The notes: generated by a model not told the origin, from the letters alone. Shown: positions 49,990-63,457, counted from the whole stretch's first letter. The stretch is 63,493 nucleotides of DNA, filler included, from Octopus bimaculoides (GCF_001194135.2; 8 parts of 7 records of this genome joined end to end with filler, not necessarily neighbours in it); one strand, 5' to 3'. Translations and numbers: made by a program.

Positions 49990-50520
49990 TTTGGTTCTGC
50001 TCAAATCGGGTTCTAAAACCATATTTCATACTAATATCTTTAGAGCTATTTAAGCATTTCTTAGAAGGAATCATGGCAGTATCGAATTTCTTCATTTCTA
50101 AGGAAATAAGGTACGTCACTTTTTACATATTTCAGGCACTTTATGTTGTTAAATGGGGATAGAAAACCTACACTGAAAATATTGGAGCGAATATTTCATT
50201 GCCCATTGTCACTTCTTCCATTTCCAAATGCTAATGAACAAGTATGTTCAGATATAATTCATAGGTGAGAGACGATAATAACAAACAAAGCAACGTTATT
50301 AATCTTTCCAAGTATTTCAGAGGAAGACCTTATATATTCAGGAAATGTTACATCAAAACAATGACTATATAATGAGCTTTGAAACTGCTCTCGGAAATAT
50401 GAATGAAACTGATATGAAAGTTATCCAAGCAGATGAAGTGCCTTCTTGATATTTGATGCGACATCAAAGAAATGCTTGTAATGACGTGAGCAAACACGGA
50501 ATTCTTTTTCTTAGATGCGC
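49990..50520 (+). mobile_element. Degenerate Helitron Rep-region fragment
   Basis: KPTLKILERIFHCPLSLLP, KYVQI*FIG, IQEMLHQNNDYIMSFETALGNM...MKVIQADEVP resemble Helitron PTFKVQGQVYH.IGSLLP, KFLQIYF.G, LQ.MLH..N.YV..FK.AL..M....VI.AD..P. Confidence 0.6.
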
Positions 50521-51531
50521 TTTGGAAATTGGTAACATTTTCTTTTTATCAGAGTAATGTTAGTAAATGTTAGATGTCAATGTGAAATTGCCCCTACGGT
50601 GGCCTCCGTCGTATAACATCAACATATTTCCCAGTTTGAAAAAGTGCTTATCAAATAATTAAGCTTCCTTTAAACATAACATCCACTGATCCACCTATCT
50701 ATAAATACTAAGAACACACAGGCATATGTGATTAATAACTGCATCAGATTTCATCTTTCTGCAGTAATGGCGGGAAATTAAACCCGTGAAGAAATCTTGG
50801 AGTGATCTTTATATACATATGAACGCTGGCGAGTCTGCCAATTGAATGCTTCAAAACAGAAACGACGCACTAATTCCTAAACAATCGCATTATGGATAGC
50901 AAGCATGAATTGAGCTGCGAAACAAATATAGCTTATTAACGATCACTACTTCAATGATCTGAAATTAATTCTGAAATGATCTATATTAGATACAGCAACC
51001 TAAACGGTTGGCGGAATGCAGTTTATGTGTTTGAACTTCTACAGATACCGTTTATAGTGTATAAATTGCGTATAAACTATTGGTGACATTTGTAAATTTA
51101 CCTAAATTGGAAAATTAATACTAAACATTTTTCTAAAAGATTCAGCGTGTTTATCCGCTGATACCGAAAAAAAAAAAACTTAAAAAGAATGCATCGTTTT
51201 ATCAAGAGAGCTAAAATTACTAGAGTTTGGAAAGGGACTCGATTAATGGTGGAGAAATGATTGCAAATGGCAGAAAAAACAGCGTAGTAACAGGTTGTGA
51301 TATGTTTTAATAGGTTTATATTGTTTAAAACAACTTTAAAATCGATCTTTATATCTATTACGCCAAATGCATTTGAGAATACCTTTCGTGTAATATCTCG
51401 TGTAATAACTCGTGTAATACCTTGATTTAAAAGTGTTTAGGATTAAGAAACGATATCTCTAATATACATGATCCGCAGAAAAAAATATGACGAAGTCTCG
51501 CAAAATTTTCGAGTTATTGTACGATGCGTGA

Positions 51532-51570
<39 letters not shown>

Positions 51571-51571
<1 letters not shown>

Positions 51572-51885
51572 AGAGCTAGGATGCGTGCTCTGAGGGACGA
51601 GGGAGTTGGAGCGGCCCGAAAGGCCCGAGTAGCGGAGGCGCAACGAGGCAACAGAGCCACCATTAGGTCTCTGACAGATGAAGAAGGGCGCGAATTACTA
51701 GAGCCTGAAAGGATGTGCGAGGCCTTTCAACAGCACTTTGCCCGACTGTTCGGGACAACTGGTGGGTCAGAACGCAGAGTAGACTTTAGTGCCTACCTGC
51801 ATGGCCTGCCACGACTCTCAGCAAGAGAGGCGGAGTGTTGTGAAAGACCCATCACAACCGCGGACGTACGGGATGCGATGGCAGG
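51571..51885 (+). mobile_element. Uninterrupted L1/Tx1-like LINE ORF2 fragment (EN-RT linker), GC-rich, abutting (CTAT)n and ending at a gap
   Basis: IRARMRALRDEG...TIRSLTDEEGRELLEPERMCEAFQQHFARLFG...DFSAYLHGLPRLSAREAECCERPITTADVRDAM. Confidence 0.8.
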
Positions 51886-52026
51886 NNNNNNNNNNNNNNN
51901 NNNNNNNNNNNNNNNNNNNNNNNNNNNNNTTAATTAATTAANNNNNNNNNNNNNNNNNNNNNNNNNNNNNNNNNNNNNNNNNNNNTATATATATATATAT
52001 TTGTGTTTATGTGTGTGTGTGCGCGT

Positions 52027-52070
<44 letters not shown>

Positions 52071-52074
52071 AAAG

Positions 52075-52365
52075 AAGCTGCGTGGTTTAGCGGAAGCGTT
52101 ATTTGATGTATGGTTATAAGGTTGTGAGTTCAATTTGCAGAGCATTTTGTACTTGAGTAGTCGTTTCATTTCACATAGTTTCAGTTTATTCAGCTGGTGG
52201 AACTGAGTACCATCTCAAGGGTCCAACCTTCCTATAATCTCTATCACGCTAAATCTCTCTGAGAACTACATTAGAGGCAGGTGTGTTGTTTGTGGATTAC
52301 TAACACACGCGTTAATTTCCCGAGCAACCTCTTACATACTAATGGACGGATTGCAAGTTATACCC
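52075..52365 (+). mobile_element. Degenerate tRNA/CORE-like SINE
   Basis: GCGTGGTTTAGCGG..GTGAGTTCAATT head, then CTTGAGTAGTCGTTTCATTTCACATAGTTTCAGTTTATTCAGCTG, resembling the core at 48850-48900. Confidence 0.5.
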
Positions 52366-52387
52366 ACTCTCTCTCTCTCACACACAC

Positions 52388-52443
<56 letters not shown>

Positions 52444-53229
52444 NNNNNNNNNNNNNNNNNNNNNNNNNNNNNNNNNNNNNNNNNNNNNNNNNNNNNNNNN
52501 NNNNNNNNNNNNNNNNNNNNNNNNNNNNNNNNNNNNNNNNNNNNNNNNNNNNNNNNNNNNNNNNNNNNNNNNNNNNNNNNNNNNNNNNNNNNNNNNNNNN
52601 NNNNNNNNNNNNNNNNNNNNNNNNNNNNNNNNNNNNNNNNNNNNNNNNNNNNNNNNNNNNNNNNNNNNNNNNNNNNNNNNNNNNNNNNNNNNNNNNNNNN
52701 NNNNNNNNNNNNNNNNNNNNNNNNNNNNNNNNNNNNNNNNNNNNNNNNNNNNNNNNNNNNNNNNNNNNNNNNNNNNNNNNNNNNNNNNNNNNNNNNNNNN
52801 NNNNNNNNNNNNNNNNNNNNNNNNNNNNNNNNNNNNNNNNNNNNNNNNNNNNNNNNNNNNNNNNNNNNNNNNNNNNNNNNNNNNNNNNNNNNNNNNNNNN
52901 NNNNNNNNNNNNNNNNNNNNNNNNNNNNNNNNNNNNNNNNNNNNNNNNNNNNNNNNNNNNNNNNNNNNNNNNNNNNNNNNNNNNNNNNNNNNNNNNNNNN
53001 NNNNNNNNNNNNNNNNNNNNNNNNNNNNNNNNNNNNNNNNNNNNNNNNNNNNATATATATATATATAGGACATATTCCTTGCATGTTTAATAGACCAACA
53101 TATAGTGGACTTATAATGAAACTGAACATTGATATACTTTTCAAAGTTTTGCAGATGACCAACAATTGTGGGAGAGATGATAAATCAATTACATCGATCC
53201 TAGTGCTCTGCTGATATTTATCGAAACTG

Positions 53230-53800
53230 GAATGGTTAAAGTAAAGAAGTCATCGGCAGAATTTGAACTCGGAACGTAAAGACAGAAGAGAAATGTTGCT
53301 AACCATTTTTGACCTGCGCTGTATCTATTTTGTCAGTACATATATGAAATATTGGTTTCAAGTTTTGGCACAAGATCAGCAATTTTCGGGGAGTGGAAAC
53401 TGTATTACATTAACGCCATAGTTCACCTAGTATTTATTTTAAGGACCCCGACTGAAAATAATAAAATGAAAATAATAAAATGAAAATAATAAAAAAATCG
53501 ATTTTGGACGAATTTGAATTCGACGAGATACTACTGAATTTCTTACCGGCACAGTAACTATTCTGCCAACATTAATAAACACAATAAATCCATTATCAAT
53601 CTTCAGTTTAAGTTGCCGAGATGGCAGTATCGTTTGCATGTCAGGAAAATGTTTAGGTGCATTTCGTTCGTTTTACATTCTGTGTTCATACTTTTTCTGC
53701 TGAGGTCAACTTTGTCTTTGACAATTTCACGTTGGATAAAGCATCCACTAAGCACAGGTGTGCATGTAATTGTTTTATCCACTCTACCGATATCAGTGTG
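53230..53800. mobile_element. Cluster of degenerate SINE B fragments (minus 53230-53310 and 53370-53530; plus 53600-53800)
   Basis: GAATTTGAACTCGGAACGTAAAGACAG, CAAGTTTTGGCACAAG and GAGGTCAACTTTGTCTTTGAC motifs. Confidence 0.55.
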
Positions 53801-55790
53801 TTTCCTGGTTTTGTATTAAAAAATTGAACCATATATTAATGTTCAGTTTAGCAGCTTTACTGAACTAAATAAATTCATCAAAGATATACTGTGTTCCCAC
53901 TGAATAGGTCAGGTAATACTAGAGAGGTTGATATCTAGGAAGAGACATCTAAATATAACATATGTGCATAGAAATATTCTTGTAATTTTTAATGTAAAAA
54001 ATATTAATCCTAGTTTCCCTGTGTCTGTGACTGTAAGATATATTATTCTACAATCTATATTTCTCGAAATTGTACATACTTGCACATATCAAATAACTTT
54101 CTCCCCAGCTTGAAATTAGTTTTTGATCGTCATGTTTTTTGAGATCATCCTCCCTTCCATCCAAACTTATCCTGTTGGAGTGAACCGCACTGTTTTTACA
54201 GGCTTTATAGGATATTAATAATTACCGAGAAAGGCGTCCTGCAATGTCAAGTTTGATTTTAAAGTTGAAAGACTTTTATAATATAACGATTAGTATTGAC
54301 AGTTATAGTGGGAAATTGCCAACTTTGATTGGCTGAATAATGTGTATCCCGTGTTCTTCACATACATCTATCTGGCATGGAATGGTTGATTCTACATCCC
54401 TGTAGTTACTTTTAGTGAGTCTTTTTATGCTCTTCGGATTTTACTGTATAGACCCTATAATGAATGTAAATTATGTAATATCCACACAACATCTATATAG
54501 CATAGACAGTAAAGTGCATTTTGAAACCGTTTCTGGGATCTTCTGTCTTAAAGCATGTTCATTTATCTCAGACCAATATGCTGAGTATTATTTCGTTCTT
54601 ATCGCAATCATGATGCTTCAGTTTATTCACAATTCTACATTCATTTGATATGAATTTTTATAATCATAAATAGAATTTCGCATTCATCTTCTGAGTTCAT
54701 CTGTAGTGTATAATGGTGTGAGTAGCTGTTTTCAACACAGAAGGATTATGGTTGAAAATATTTAGATTATAAATGAAGCTAATGATTTGTGTTAACAAGA
54801 GTGGAAATCATTTCTCATAACATTGAAAAAATGTTCGAATACAAAACTGAGAGAATGCTGTTATTCAAATTGATTTTTAATCTCAGAAATATTCTTAATT
54901 CTTAATCAAAATATTTCGAAAATTTTAAGCAGATTTTTGCCAAAAGAATGAATGGATTTATTGTGTTAATTTCATCATGATTATTCATGATTTATTTTTT
55001 AAATTCAAAGTCCTATGAGCAGAATACTTAAAAATAAATATAAATTAAACGTAGCAGCAAAAAAATGAACGAAAACATGTTTTACTTTTTTCACTTAAAT
55101 AGCTAGAATCACAGGTTTTCAATATGTGCTTTAGCTACCGAGATTAATATATTCATTATGTTCATTATAGTTTATTTCAATTTAAAACTCGTTGATATTT
55201 TTCCCGGATGACTAATACAAATTAACACAGAAAATCTCAGCTTTTACATAGGAGAATAATCTCTGTTTTCAACAAGAAATAATTTTATTTAATTCATTAT
55301 TGTATCTACGAATTATATTTTTGTTAATAATATGATTTCCTCTATAAAACAAAATGTGTTTAATATGTTACTCGCTTCTGTCAAATTCATTGCATTTGTT
55401 AAAGTCATATTTCTTTAATTAATTATGTATTTATACATTCAATCACTCGCGTGTAAAATTATATATTTGCTGCATGTAATGAATTTATAAATTTTAACGC
55501 TTCACATTATTTTGTGTTTAACGTATTTTATTTTATACCACCTGTAGTATAATCACAATTTTCACAAGACGGAGAAAATCATATTATCTGCTCATGTATT
55601 AATAATGTACCAAATTTAGCATTCGTATTATGTTGACAGGCGCGGGTAAGTAGTAAGAAATTTACTTCATAACTACTTTACTAGTTTGGTCCGGGCCTAG
55701 TACCACTGCGTAGCAAGTGTGTCCTCCTAATGGCCCGAGTTAGCAAGTAGCTTGTGAGTGGATTGGCTTCTAGGAAACGAAGGCGGTTCT

Positions 55791-55823
<33 letters not shown>

Positions 55824-56244
55824 NNNNNNNNNNNNNNNNNNNNNNNNNNNNNNNNNNNNNNNNNNNNNNNNNNNNNNNNNNNNNNNNNNNNNNNNNNNNN
55901 NNNNNNNNNNNNNNNNNNNNNNNNNNNNNNNNNNNNNNNNNNNNNNNNNNNNNNNNNNNNNNNNNNNNNNNNNNNNNNNNNNNNNNNNNNNNNNNNNNNN
56001 NNNNNNNNNNNNNNNNNNNNNNNNNNNNNNNNNNNNNNNNNNNNNNNNNNNNNNNNNNNNNNNNNNNNNNNNNNNNNNNNNNNNNNNNNNNNNNNNNNNN
56101 NNNNNNNNNNNNNNNNNNNNNNNNNNNNNNNNNNNNNNNNNNNNNNNNNNNNNNNNNNNNNNCATACATACATACATACATACATACATAATACATATAT
56201 ATGTATGTGAGTGTATGTGTGTGTGTGCGTGTGTGTGTGTGTAT

Positions 56245-56277
<33 letters not shown>

Positions 56278-56415
56278 TGTGTGCGTAACATTAGATGGTC
56301 ACCGTGGCAATGCATTGCAGTATCCAACGGATTTTATTTGATTAAGAGAGACATTGTAACATTAGAAAAATACGTTTTCATCAGGTGAAAACATGTGTCG
56401 CAACACTGAAGAAGA

Positions 56416-56518
56416 TTCAAAACCCAACAGCTTGTGCCACTTAATGATTCTGTGACCATTGCTGGGTATTGAACGATAGTTGCAGAATCCTGAACTGGCA
56501 CAAGCTGTTGGCTTTTAA
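56416..56518. repeat. ~100-nt hairpin (inverted repeat)
   Basis: Perfect 16-bp arms CCAACAGCTTGTGCCA (56424-56439) and TGGCACAAGCTGTTGG (56496-56511), extending imperfectly to ~42 bp with a ~15-nt loop. Confidence 0.85.
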
Positions 56519-58869
56519 ATATGGTTTAATGTCGTGATTCATGTATTCACATGACGAAACAGGTTTATTCCAATAGTCAATTAATTAATCGTTGTAAACA
56601 GCTTTAGCGGATTGACATATTATACATATGTTGGTATTCATGTATTTATCATTCATTTCACACGGAAACTACCCTTTGTGTGGGTCCGAAGTATATTATG
56701 GACAGTATCTTTAGTGCAATGGTAGTTCCTTGATTAGGTTCAGGGATCATGATATACTCAGCAGGGTACAGTTAATCATATACATAACCTGAATATCTTT
56801 CTGTTCGTACACCGGTACCCGTATATGTATTCTTCCTTATTAGGTATGTACGCAGTTTATTTTTAACACCCGATCTTACCATTTAATTGCTTGATTCACA
56901 CGAATCGAATATGTATGGTTCTGTACGCGTGATTATACGGAAATTTCACATTAGTAACTAATAATACGTGCACTTTAATATGATTTCCGTAACATTCGTT
57001 ATTCGTGTTTTATTAAATGCATCAAGAAATCAAGTGTATACATTAATTTTAAACAATTGTTTTATCGAAATTGCGAGAATTTTGATTGTGATTCAATTCC
57101 ATTACACATGGAACCTGCAGTTTGAAAAAACCTTGTAGTGTTTTCAGTTGATGAGTATATCTCTAGTACCAAACGGAATCGTACGTGCATATGGTTCGGA
57201 GGAATCTACATGCAGTTCTGTTCTCACGACAGCGATACATTGTGCTTTGTAGTAATAAGCTAACTTGAGTACATCATGTATTTGCATATTTTAGCTGGGA
57301 TCTCGATGGAAAATTCCGAGATGTAAGAGATTGTTTTTCGCATTTTCAAGGCATAGTTTTTTTTAATTAAAACATAGTTGATGCTTGTATCAATTTCAGC
57401 TTTGAATACGTTTTATACTATTTTCAATTTTATTTTAGTTGTGCATCATTTATTGAGCACGTGTGGATGCAATCTGTAATCAAACGTAAACTAATCGTGC
57501 TTTACAATTCATAATTTAGAAGCGAAAAGCATACTGCGTAAGTTCCATGTGAATCATATTCTGTTCGCACATGTCAATGCGGCATTACATTATATTAATA
57601 ATAAACTACATTAATAATGGCATTGATATCACAAAAGAGAAATTCATAAATCCCGATTTCAATATGTCGTAGACGATGTAATTACATAATAAGTATAAGG
57701 TAATTTTCCGAAAAGGCATTTAAGCCACTATAGTGGAAGCAAACTTAATATAACATTGATGGAAATCTTCTGATTCCTTATCCGCCTTTATCATATTTGA
57801 ACATATTACTTAAGAAAGTAGACAATACCGTTGTATGCTTCATTCAGGCAGAGATCAATTTATTACGATCTCTTATGTCTGTGAGCAATTAAAGTTTCTA
57901 AGAAGATATATTATCTATGATCAGGAAATATATTTCCAATTAAGTATTATTTACAATTTGAAATTAATTTCAAATCGATGTTTGAAACGAGGTGTCCATT
58001 AATTTCGAATAAAGTTTGTCATAAATGGATACTACAAATATATGAGCTCATGTTGGCAGTGTAGGGCATGCGTATTCCGTGATATATTATTGAATATTAA
58101 ACTAATACATAGATTTTTCTATCATTCCCGTAAACAACATTGCTGTAGTTTGGCATGAAAAGAGTACAAAATTAATTTGAAACTGTTTTAGAGCATATTC
58201 TTCGTATGTTAAAGAAATAAATCTTATAATTCATATAAGCTTTATAATTTCTGGCTAGAAACTGCGTATATACTTTTTTCTCTCTGTTTCTCTTCGATTA
58301 TATATAACATCATTACACATATAAGCATTGGTGTATACACACGTACACCCACATCCACACCTCCTCACACACACACGCGAACGCCCTTCTATTTGTAGTC
58401 GAACAACAAAGAAATCATTAAAAAGGGATTAGTAATACAGGTGAAAAATGTTTGAAAGCTATACCTATGAAGCTAACAAAAATGTTCTGAACTTAATGTT
58501 GGAATCCAGGTAAGTCGAATCCAAAGATTATCAGCAGTCAAATTTGTAAAGCTGTTGTCCATTTACCAAGATAAATCGGTATGTCGCTACATAGTGATAT
58601 AGCAAAATGCACATAGGCAGTGGATGATATACATTTACTGAGGACTAGCAATTGAATGGGATAAACATTTGGAGTGATTTGCTTCCATAGATCAATCACT
58701 GAAATTGACCTCCGGAACTAAATTCCGCAAAATACTTAACCGAAATAATTTTAACCCCCAATAAATGTATATAATACGTTATTTATAGCTGTGTTATATT
58801 ATGGCATATTATGTAATGTATGCATGTATGTTATCAATCAGTTTCATTTCTGTATTCCTTGTCCATAGA

Positions 58870-60850
58870 GAAAGAGTCGGACTCTAACATAGATTCAAGG
58901 CTCCTTCATTGGAACTTTTATTAACATCATCTAGGTATTTGTGCATATGTGTGTGTGTGTATGTTCAGTATTTGGTGTTAGTGTATGCGCAGATTTGTAT
59001 GTTTGTTTTATGGATGCGTTTTTATGTATATATTTTCATGTCTAGATGCATCCATATGTATTTATGTGCTACATTTTTGGAAAGTTTTACATATCTTTAC
59101 AGTTCCATTGATGGCTTCAATCTGTAGTCTTCTAATCAGCCTTTTTCTTTCAGGTTTTGAGAACCCTAATTTTTCCAGGTTTTTGTTGAGGCAGTTNNNN
59201 NNNNNNNNNNNNNNNNNNNNNNNNNNNNNNNNNNNNNNNNNNNNNNNNNNNNNNNNNNNNNNNNNNNNNNNNNNNNNNNNNNNNNNNNNNNNNNNNNNNN
59301 NNNNNNNNNNNNNNNNNNNNNNNNNNNNNNNNNNNNNNNNNNNNNNNNNNNNNNNNNNNNNNNNNNNNNNNNNNNNNNNNNNNNNNNNNNNNNNNNNNNN
59401 NNNNNNNNNNNNNNNNNNNNNNNNNNNNNNNNNNNNNNNNNNNNNNNNNNNNNNNNNNNNNNNNNNNNNNNNNNNNNNNNNNNNNNNNNNNNNNNNNNNN
59501 NNNNNNNNNNNNNNNNNNNNNNNNNNNNNNNNNNNNNNNNNNNNNNNNNNNNNNNNNNNNNNNNNNNNNNNNNNNNNNNNNNNNNNNNNNNNNNNNNNNN
59601 NNNNNNNNNNNNNNNNNNNNNNNNNNNNNNNNNNNNNNNNNNNNNNNNNNNNNNNNNNNNNNNNNNNNNNNNNNNNNNNNNNNNNNNNNNNNNNNNNNNN
59701 NNNNNNNNNNNNNNNNNNNNNNNNNNNNNNNNNNNNNNNNNNNNNNNNNNNNNNNNNNNNNNNNNNNNNNNNNNNNNNNNNNNNNNNNNNNNNNNNNNNN
59801 NNNNNNNNNNNTGGTGACCCGATTGTTTGTTCACGATAGACTGCTCTGGTTGTCAATGTTGTTATCACCCTGGAGCTTTCTGTTAACGTATCCATGCATG
59901 GTCTTCTGCTGGAATGCATTCATCCTCTCCTCTGATGTTATGTTACGGTAGAGTCTTGCAATTTCTTTGGGTAAGAGTTCAGGGTTGTCGAATAAGGAAT
60001 GTTTGTCAAGTAGTTGCCTTCCCAATCTCATGATGGTATTTACCTCATGTCTGCAGACTTCATCAATGGGTGCACTTCGACACTTGTTGGTTATGAGATG
60101 ATGTCGAAGAGATATGACACGGCATTCAAAGGCAGTCTGAATTGATGTTAGGCCCCTCCCTCCTTTATTTCCTTTTAGGTATAGGCGGTCCACATCGCTA
60201 TTGATGTGAAAGTTGTTCGTGCTCGTTAGTATTTTCCGGGTCTTCACATCAAGGGCTCGGATTTCATCGATCGTCCAGTCAAGTATCCCGAATGTCGGTA
60301 CGAGTACTGGTACTGCAAACACATTGTGGGCTATTGCTTTATTGAACGCAGAGAGTTCCGAGGTCCATATTTTCATAACCCGATTTCTGTATTCTTTAGT
60401 AACACGTTCCTTGTTACAGGTACCTTCGTATCATATGTTTTCATCTGCTCCCATGTATCTGTAGGATTCCTTATCAGATATTGGAGAAACAGATAGGCCA
60501 TTGATGGAGATGTTGTTAGGGTGGTTTTTAGCCTTTCCTCGTTCCACAACCATATAGGAACATTTATCTTGGCCAAACTCTAGTCCTACATCACCAGAAA
60601 ATGTTGTGACCAGGTCGACGCTTTTTTTTCATATCATCCATGTTCTTGGCATACAATTTCAAATCATCGACAAAGAAGCAGTGCGTAATTTTGGTGTTTC
60701 TGTTTGCCTGCGTTCCAATTAGATACCCTCCAGATGTCTTCAGCATATATGATAATGGGTTCACCGACAGTATGAACAGCATCACAGAGACGTTGTCTCC
60801 TTGGAATATCCTCCTGTGATATTGTATTTTTTGCTGGTAATACATCCAGG
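58870..60850 (-). mobile_element. 5'-truncated RLE-type non-LTR retrotransposon (R4/Dong-like): RT C-half, thumb region, gap, C-terminus and 3' UTR
   Basis: RIFQGDNVSVMLFILSVNPLSY, HCFFVDDLKLYA, GLEFGQDKC, YRYMG, KIWTSELSAFNKAIAHNVFAVPVL..TFGILDW, DVDRLYL..NKGGRGL; C-terminus RRLQIEAINGTVKICKTFQK; few stops or frameshifts. Confidence 0.9.
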
Positions 60851-60922
60851 CTTATGTATGTATGTATGTATGTATGTATGTATGTTTGTATGTATGTATG
60901 TATGCATGTATGCATGTATGTA

Positions 60923-60956
<34 letters not shown>

Positions 60957-60973
60957 NNNNNNNNNNGTATGTA

Positions 60974-61025
<52 letters not shown>

Positions 61026-61407
61026 TGTGTGTGTGTGTGTGTTTGTGTATGAGTGTGTGTCTCTATGCAGACGTAGCGGGTTTTTCTACATGGGATAAAA
61101 GTACAAAATGAAGGTCGGTTTCACAATGAAATGATGAAGTAAACAATGTGGCTATATTTATTGTTTGAAAATTTAACTATCGAGATATATAGCAATGCAA
61201 GTAAATTACCGAATTGTTATGTAAAAGCTTTTATACTCAGTATAGCAATGGAATCAGAGTGTCTGTTGATATTATTCTCTTCTAAACGTTGTGTCATAAT
61301 ACAAAAAAAGAGTGTTGAGTTAGTGCACACGTACATACAAAATCGCGCCCACACACGCAGAAGACTTATATATTCACACTAGCTTCACATTTCGGAATAA
61401 GGACAGC

Positions 61408-61587
61408 AATCTCGGGTTCGGGGTAAATCGATAAAATTGACCCAAGAGCTCACCTAGCACTTGCATCATCTTCCTCGGAAAGATGAATGCAAAGTCGCTC
61501 AGCGGGAATTTCATTCAGAACGTAAAGGCAGACGAAATACGGATACGCATTTTACAAGCTGCTGGTTCTGCCAGCTGGCGGCACTCA
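61408..61587 (-). mobile_element. Degenerate SINE family B
   Basis: GGAATTTCATTCAGAACGTAAAGGCAGACGAAATAC...GGTTCTGCCAGCTGGCGGC. Confidence 0.7.
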
Positions 61588-61977
61588 CACGCAAGGTGGT
61601 AAAAAAATGATAGAAGTAAATCAATTGACATATAGAGAGAAACAAGGAAATAGTGTGAGCATTGTATTTTCGATGTATATAAATCAACATTTAAATAAAA
61701 CACTTATTCAAATTTCACTCTACAAGTATAATGAAAACATTGCACATAACTTAATAGAATTAATTAGCAAGACATATACATATAGAGATTAGTAACTCGG
61801 AACTTTTCAAACTTACGTAAGATGATCTAATTCCGGTTGAGACTTCTCTGCTTGCACTCATGGACAATTAAGNNNNNNNNNNNNNNNNNNNNNNNNNNNN
61901 NNNNNNNNNNNNNNNNTTAATTAATTAANNNNNNNNNNNNNNNNNNNNNNNNNNNNNNNNNNNNNNNNNNNNATATA

Positions 61978-62335
61978 TTGCATTTGACTGTGGCCATGCT
62001 GGAGTACCGCCTTTTTCTCGAAGACATCGACCCCTAGACTTATTCTTTGTAAGGGTAGTACTTATTCTATCGTTCTCTTTTGCCGAACCACTAAGTTACG
62101 GGGATGTAAACGTAGCGACATCGGTTGTCAAGCGATTGTGGGGTAACAAAGACAGACACAAACACACACATATATATATATACGACGGGCTTCTTTCAGT
62201 TTCTGTCTGCCAAATCCACTCACAAGGCTTTGGTCGGCCCGAGGCTATCGTAGAAGACACTCGCCCAAGGTGCAAAGCAGTGGGACTGAACCCGGAAGCA
62301 TGTGGTTGGTGAGCAAGCTACTTACCACACAGCCA
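61978..62335 (-). mobile_element. SINE family A, near full length, short internal (TA)/(CA)
   Basis: Tail CATTTGACTGTGGCCATGCTGGAGTACCGCC and head GGGACTGAACCCGGAAGCATGTGGTTGG..CTTACCACACAGCCA on the plus strand. Confidence 0.9.
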
Positions 62336-62842
62336 ATCTAGTTATTTCGATCGCATTGTTTCCATTTATGAAACATCGTAACTTTTACTGCTGACACTGA
62401 ACTCTATAAGAAAATCAGAAGAGATAAACTTAAGAATGAGAACATCGCACTGCTAACACAAAAGTAAGAAACACTATTAACTTGTAAACTTTTAATATTC
62501 TCAGTAGTACATTTTTGCTGTAAAACGAAATACTGTGTAGTTGTCNNNNNNNNNNNNNNNNNNNNNNNNNNNNNNNNNNNNNNNNNNNNNNNNNNNNNNN
62601 NNNNNNNNNNNNNNNNNNNNNNNNNNNNNNNNNNNNNNNNNNNNNNNNNNNNNNNNNNNNNNNNNNNNNNNNNNNNNNNNNNNNNNNNNNNNNNNNNNNN
62701 NNNNNNNNNNNNNNNNNNNNNNNNNNNNNNNNNNNNNNNNNNNNNNNNNNNNNNNNNNNNNNNNNNNNNNNNNNNNNNNNNNNNNNNNNNNNNNNNNNNN
62801 NNNNNNNNNNNNNNNNNNNNNNNNNNNNNNNNNNNNNNNNNN

Positions 62843-62893
<51 letters not shown>

Positions 62894-63059
62894 CGTGTAT
62901 GTATGAATGAATATTTACCAGGTTACTGGGGCTGCTATTCATCATTTGGCAAACAATTATAATGAAGAACCCTGGCCACTTAGAGACAGGCAAAGACAGA
63001 CAGGCATGCAGACAAGCAGACCAAGCATGACCAATTAAAACGCGCCGTACGAGGATAAT

Positions 63060-63354
63060 TATGAGAGTAAGACGATGGCGGGGACGCTGATGAAAATGAT
63101 GACGAAGACGACAACGACGACCACGACAACGACGATGATGATGATGATGATGATGATGATGAAGATGAGGATGGGGATGAGGATGAGGTTAATGGTGATG
63201 GTCATGATCATGATAAACCTGATCCCGATATGATGATGATGGCGACAACGTTGATGTTAGCAACAATGATAATAATGAGAATGACATGATGGCGATGATG
63301 ATGATGATGATGATGATAATGATGACGACAACGACGATGATGATGATTATGATT

Positions 63355-63391
<37 letters not shown>

Positions 63392-63420
63392 CGACGACGA
63401 TGATGATTATGATGATGATT

Positions 63421-63457
<37 letters not shown>

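Noticed and set aside
54120-54420. Protein-like minus-strand peptides (RDVESTIP…EHGI)
   Set aside because: Only a faint PLE RT-like motif and frequent stops
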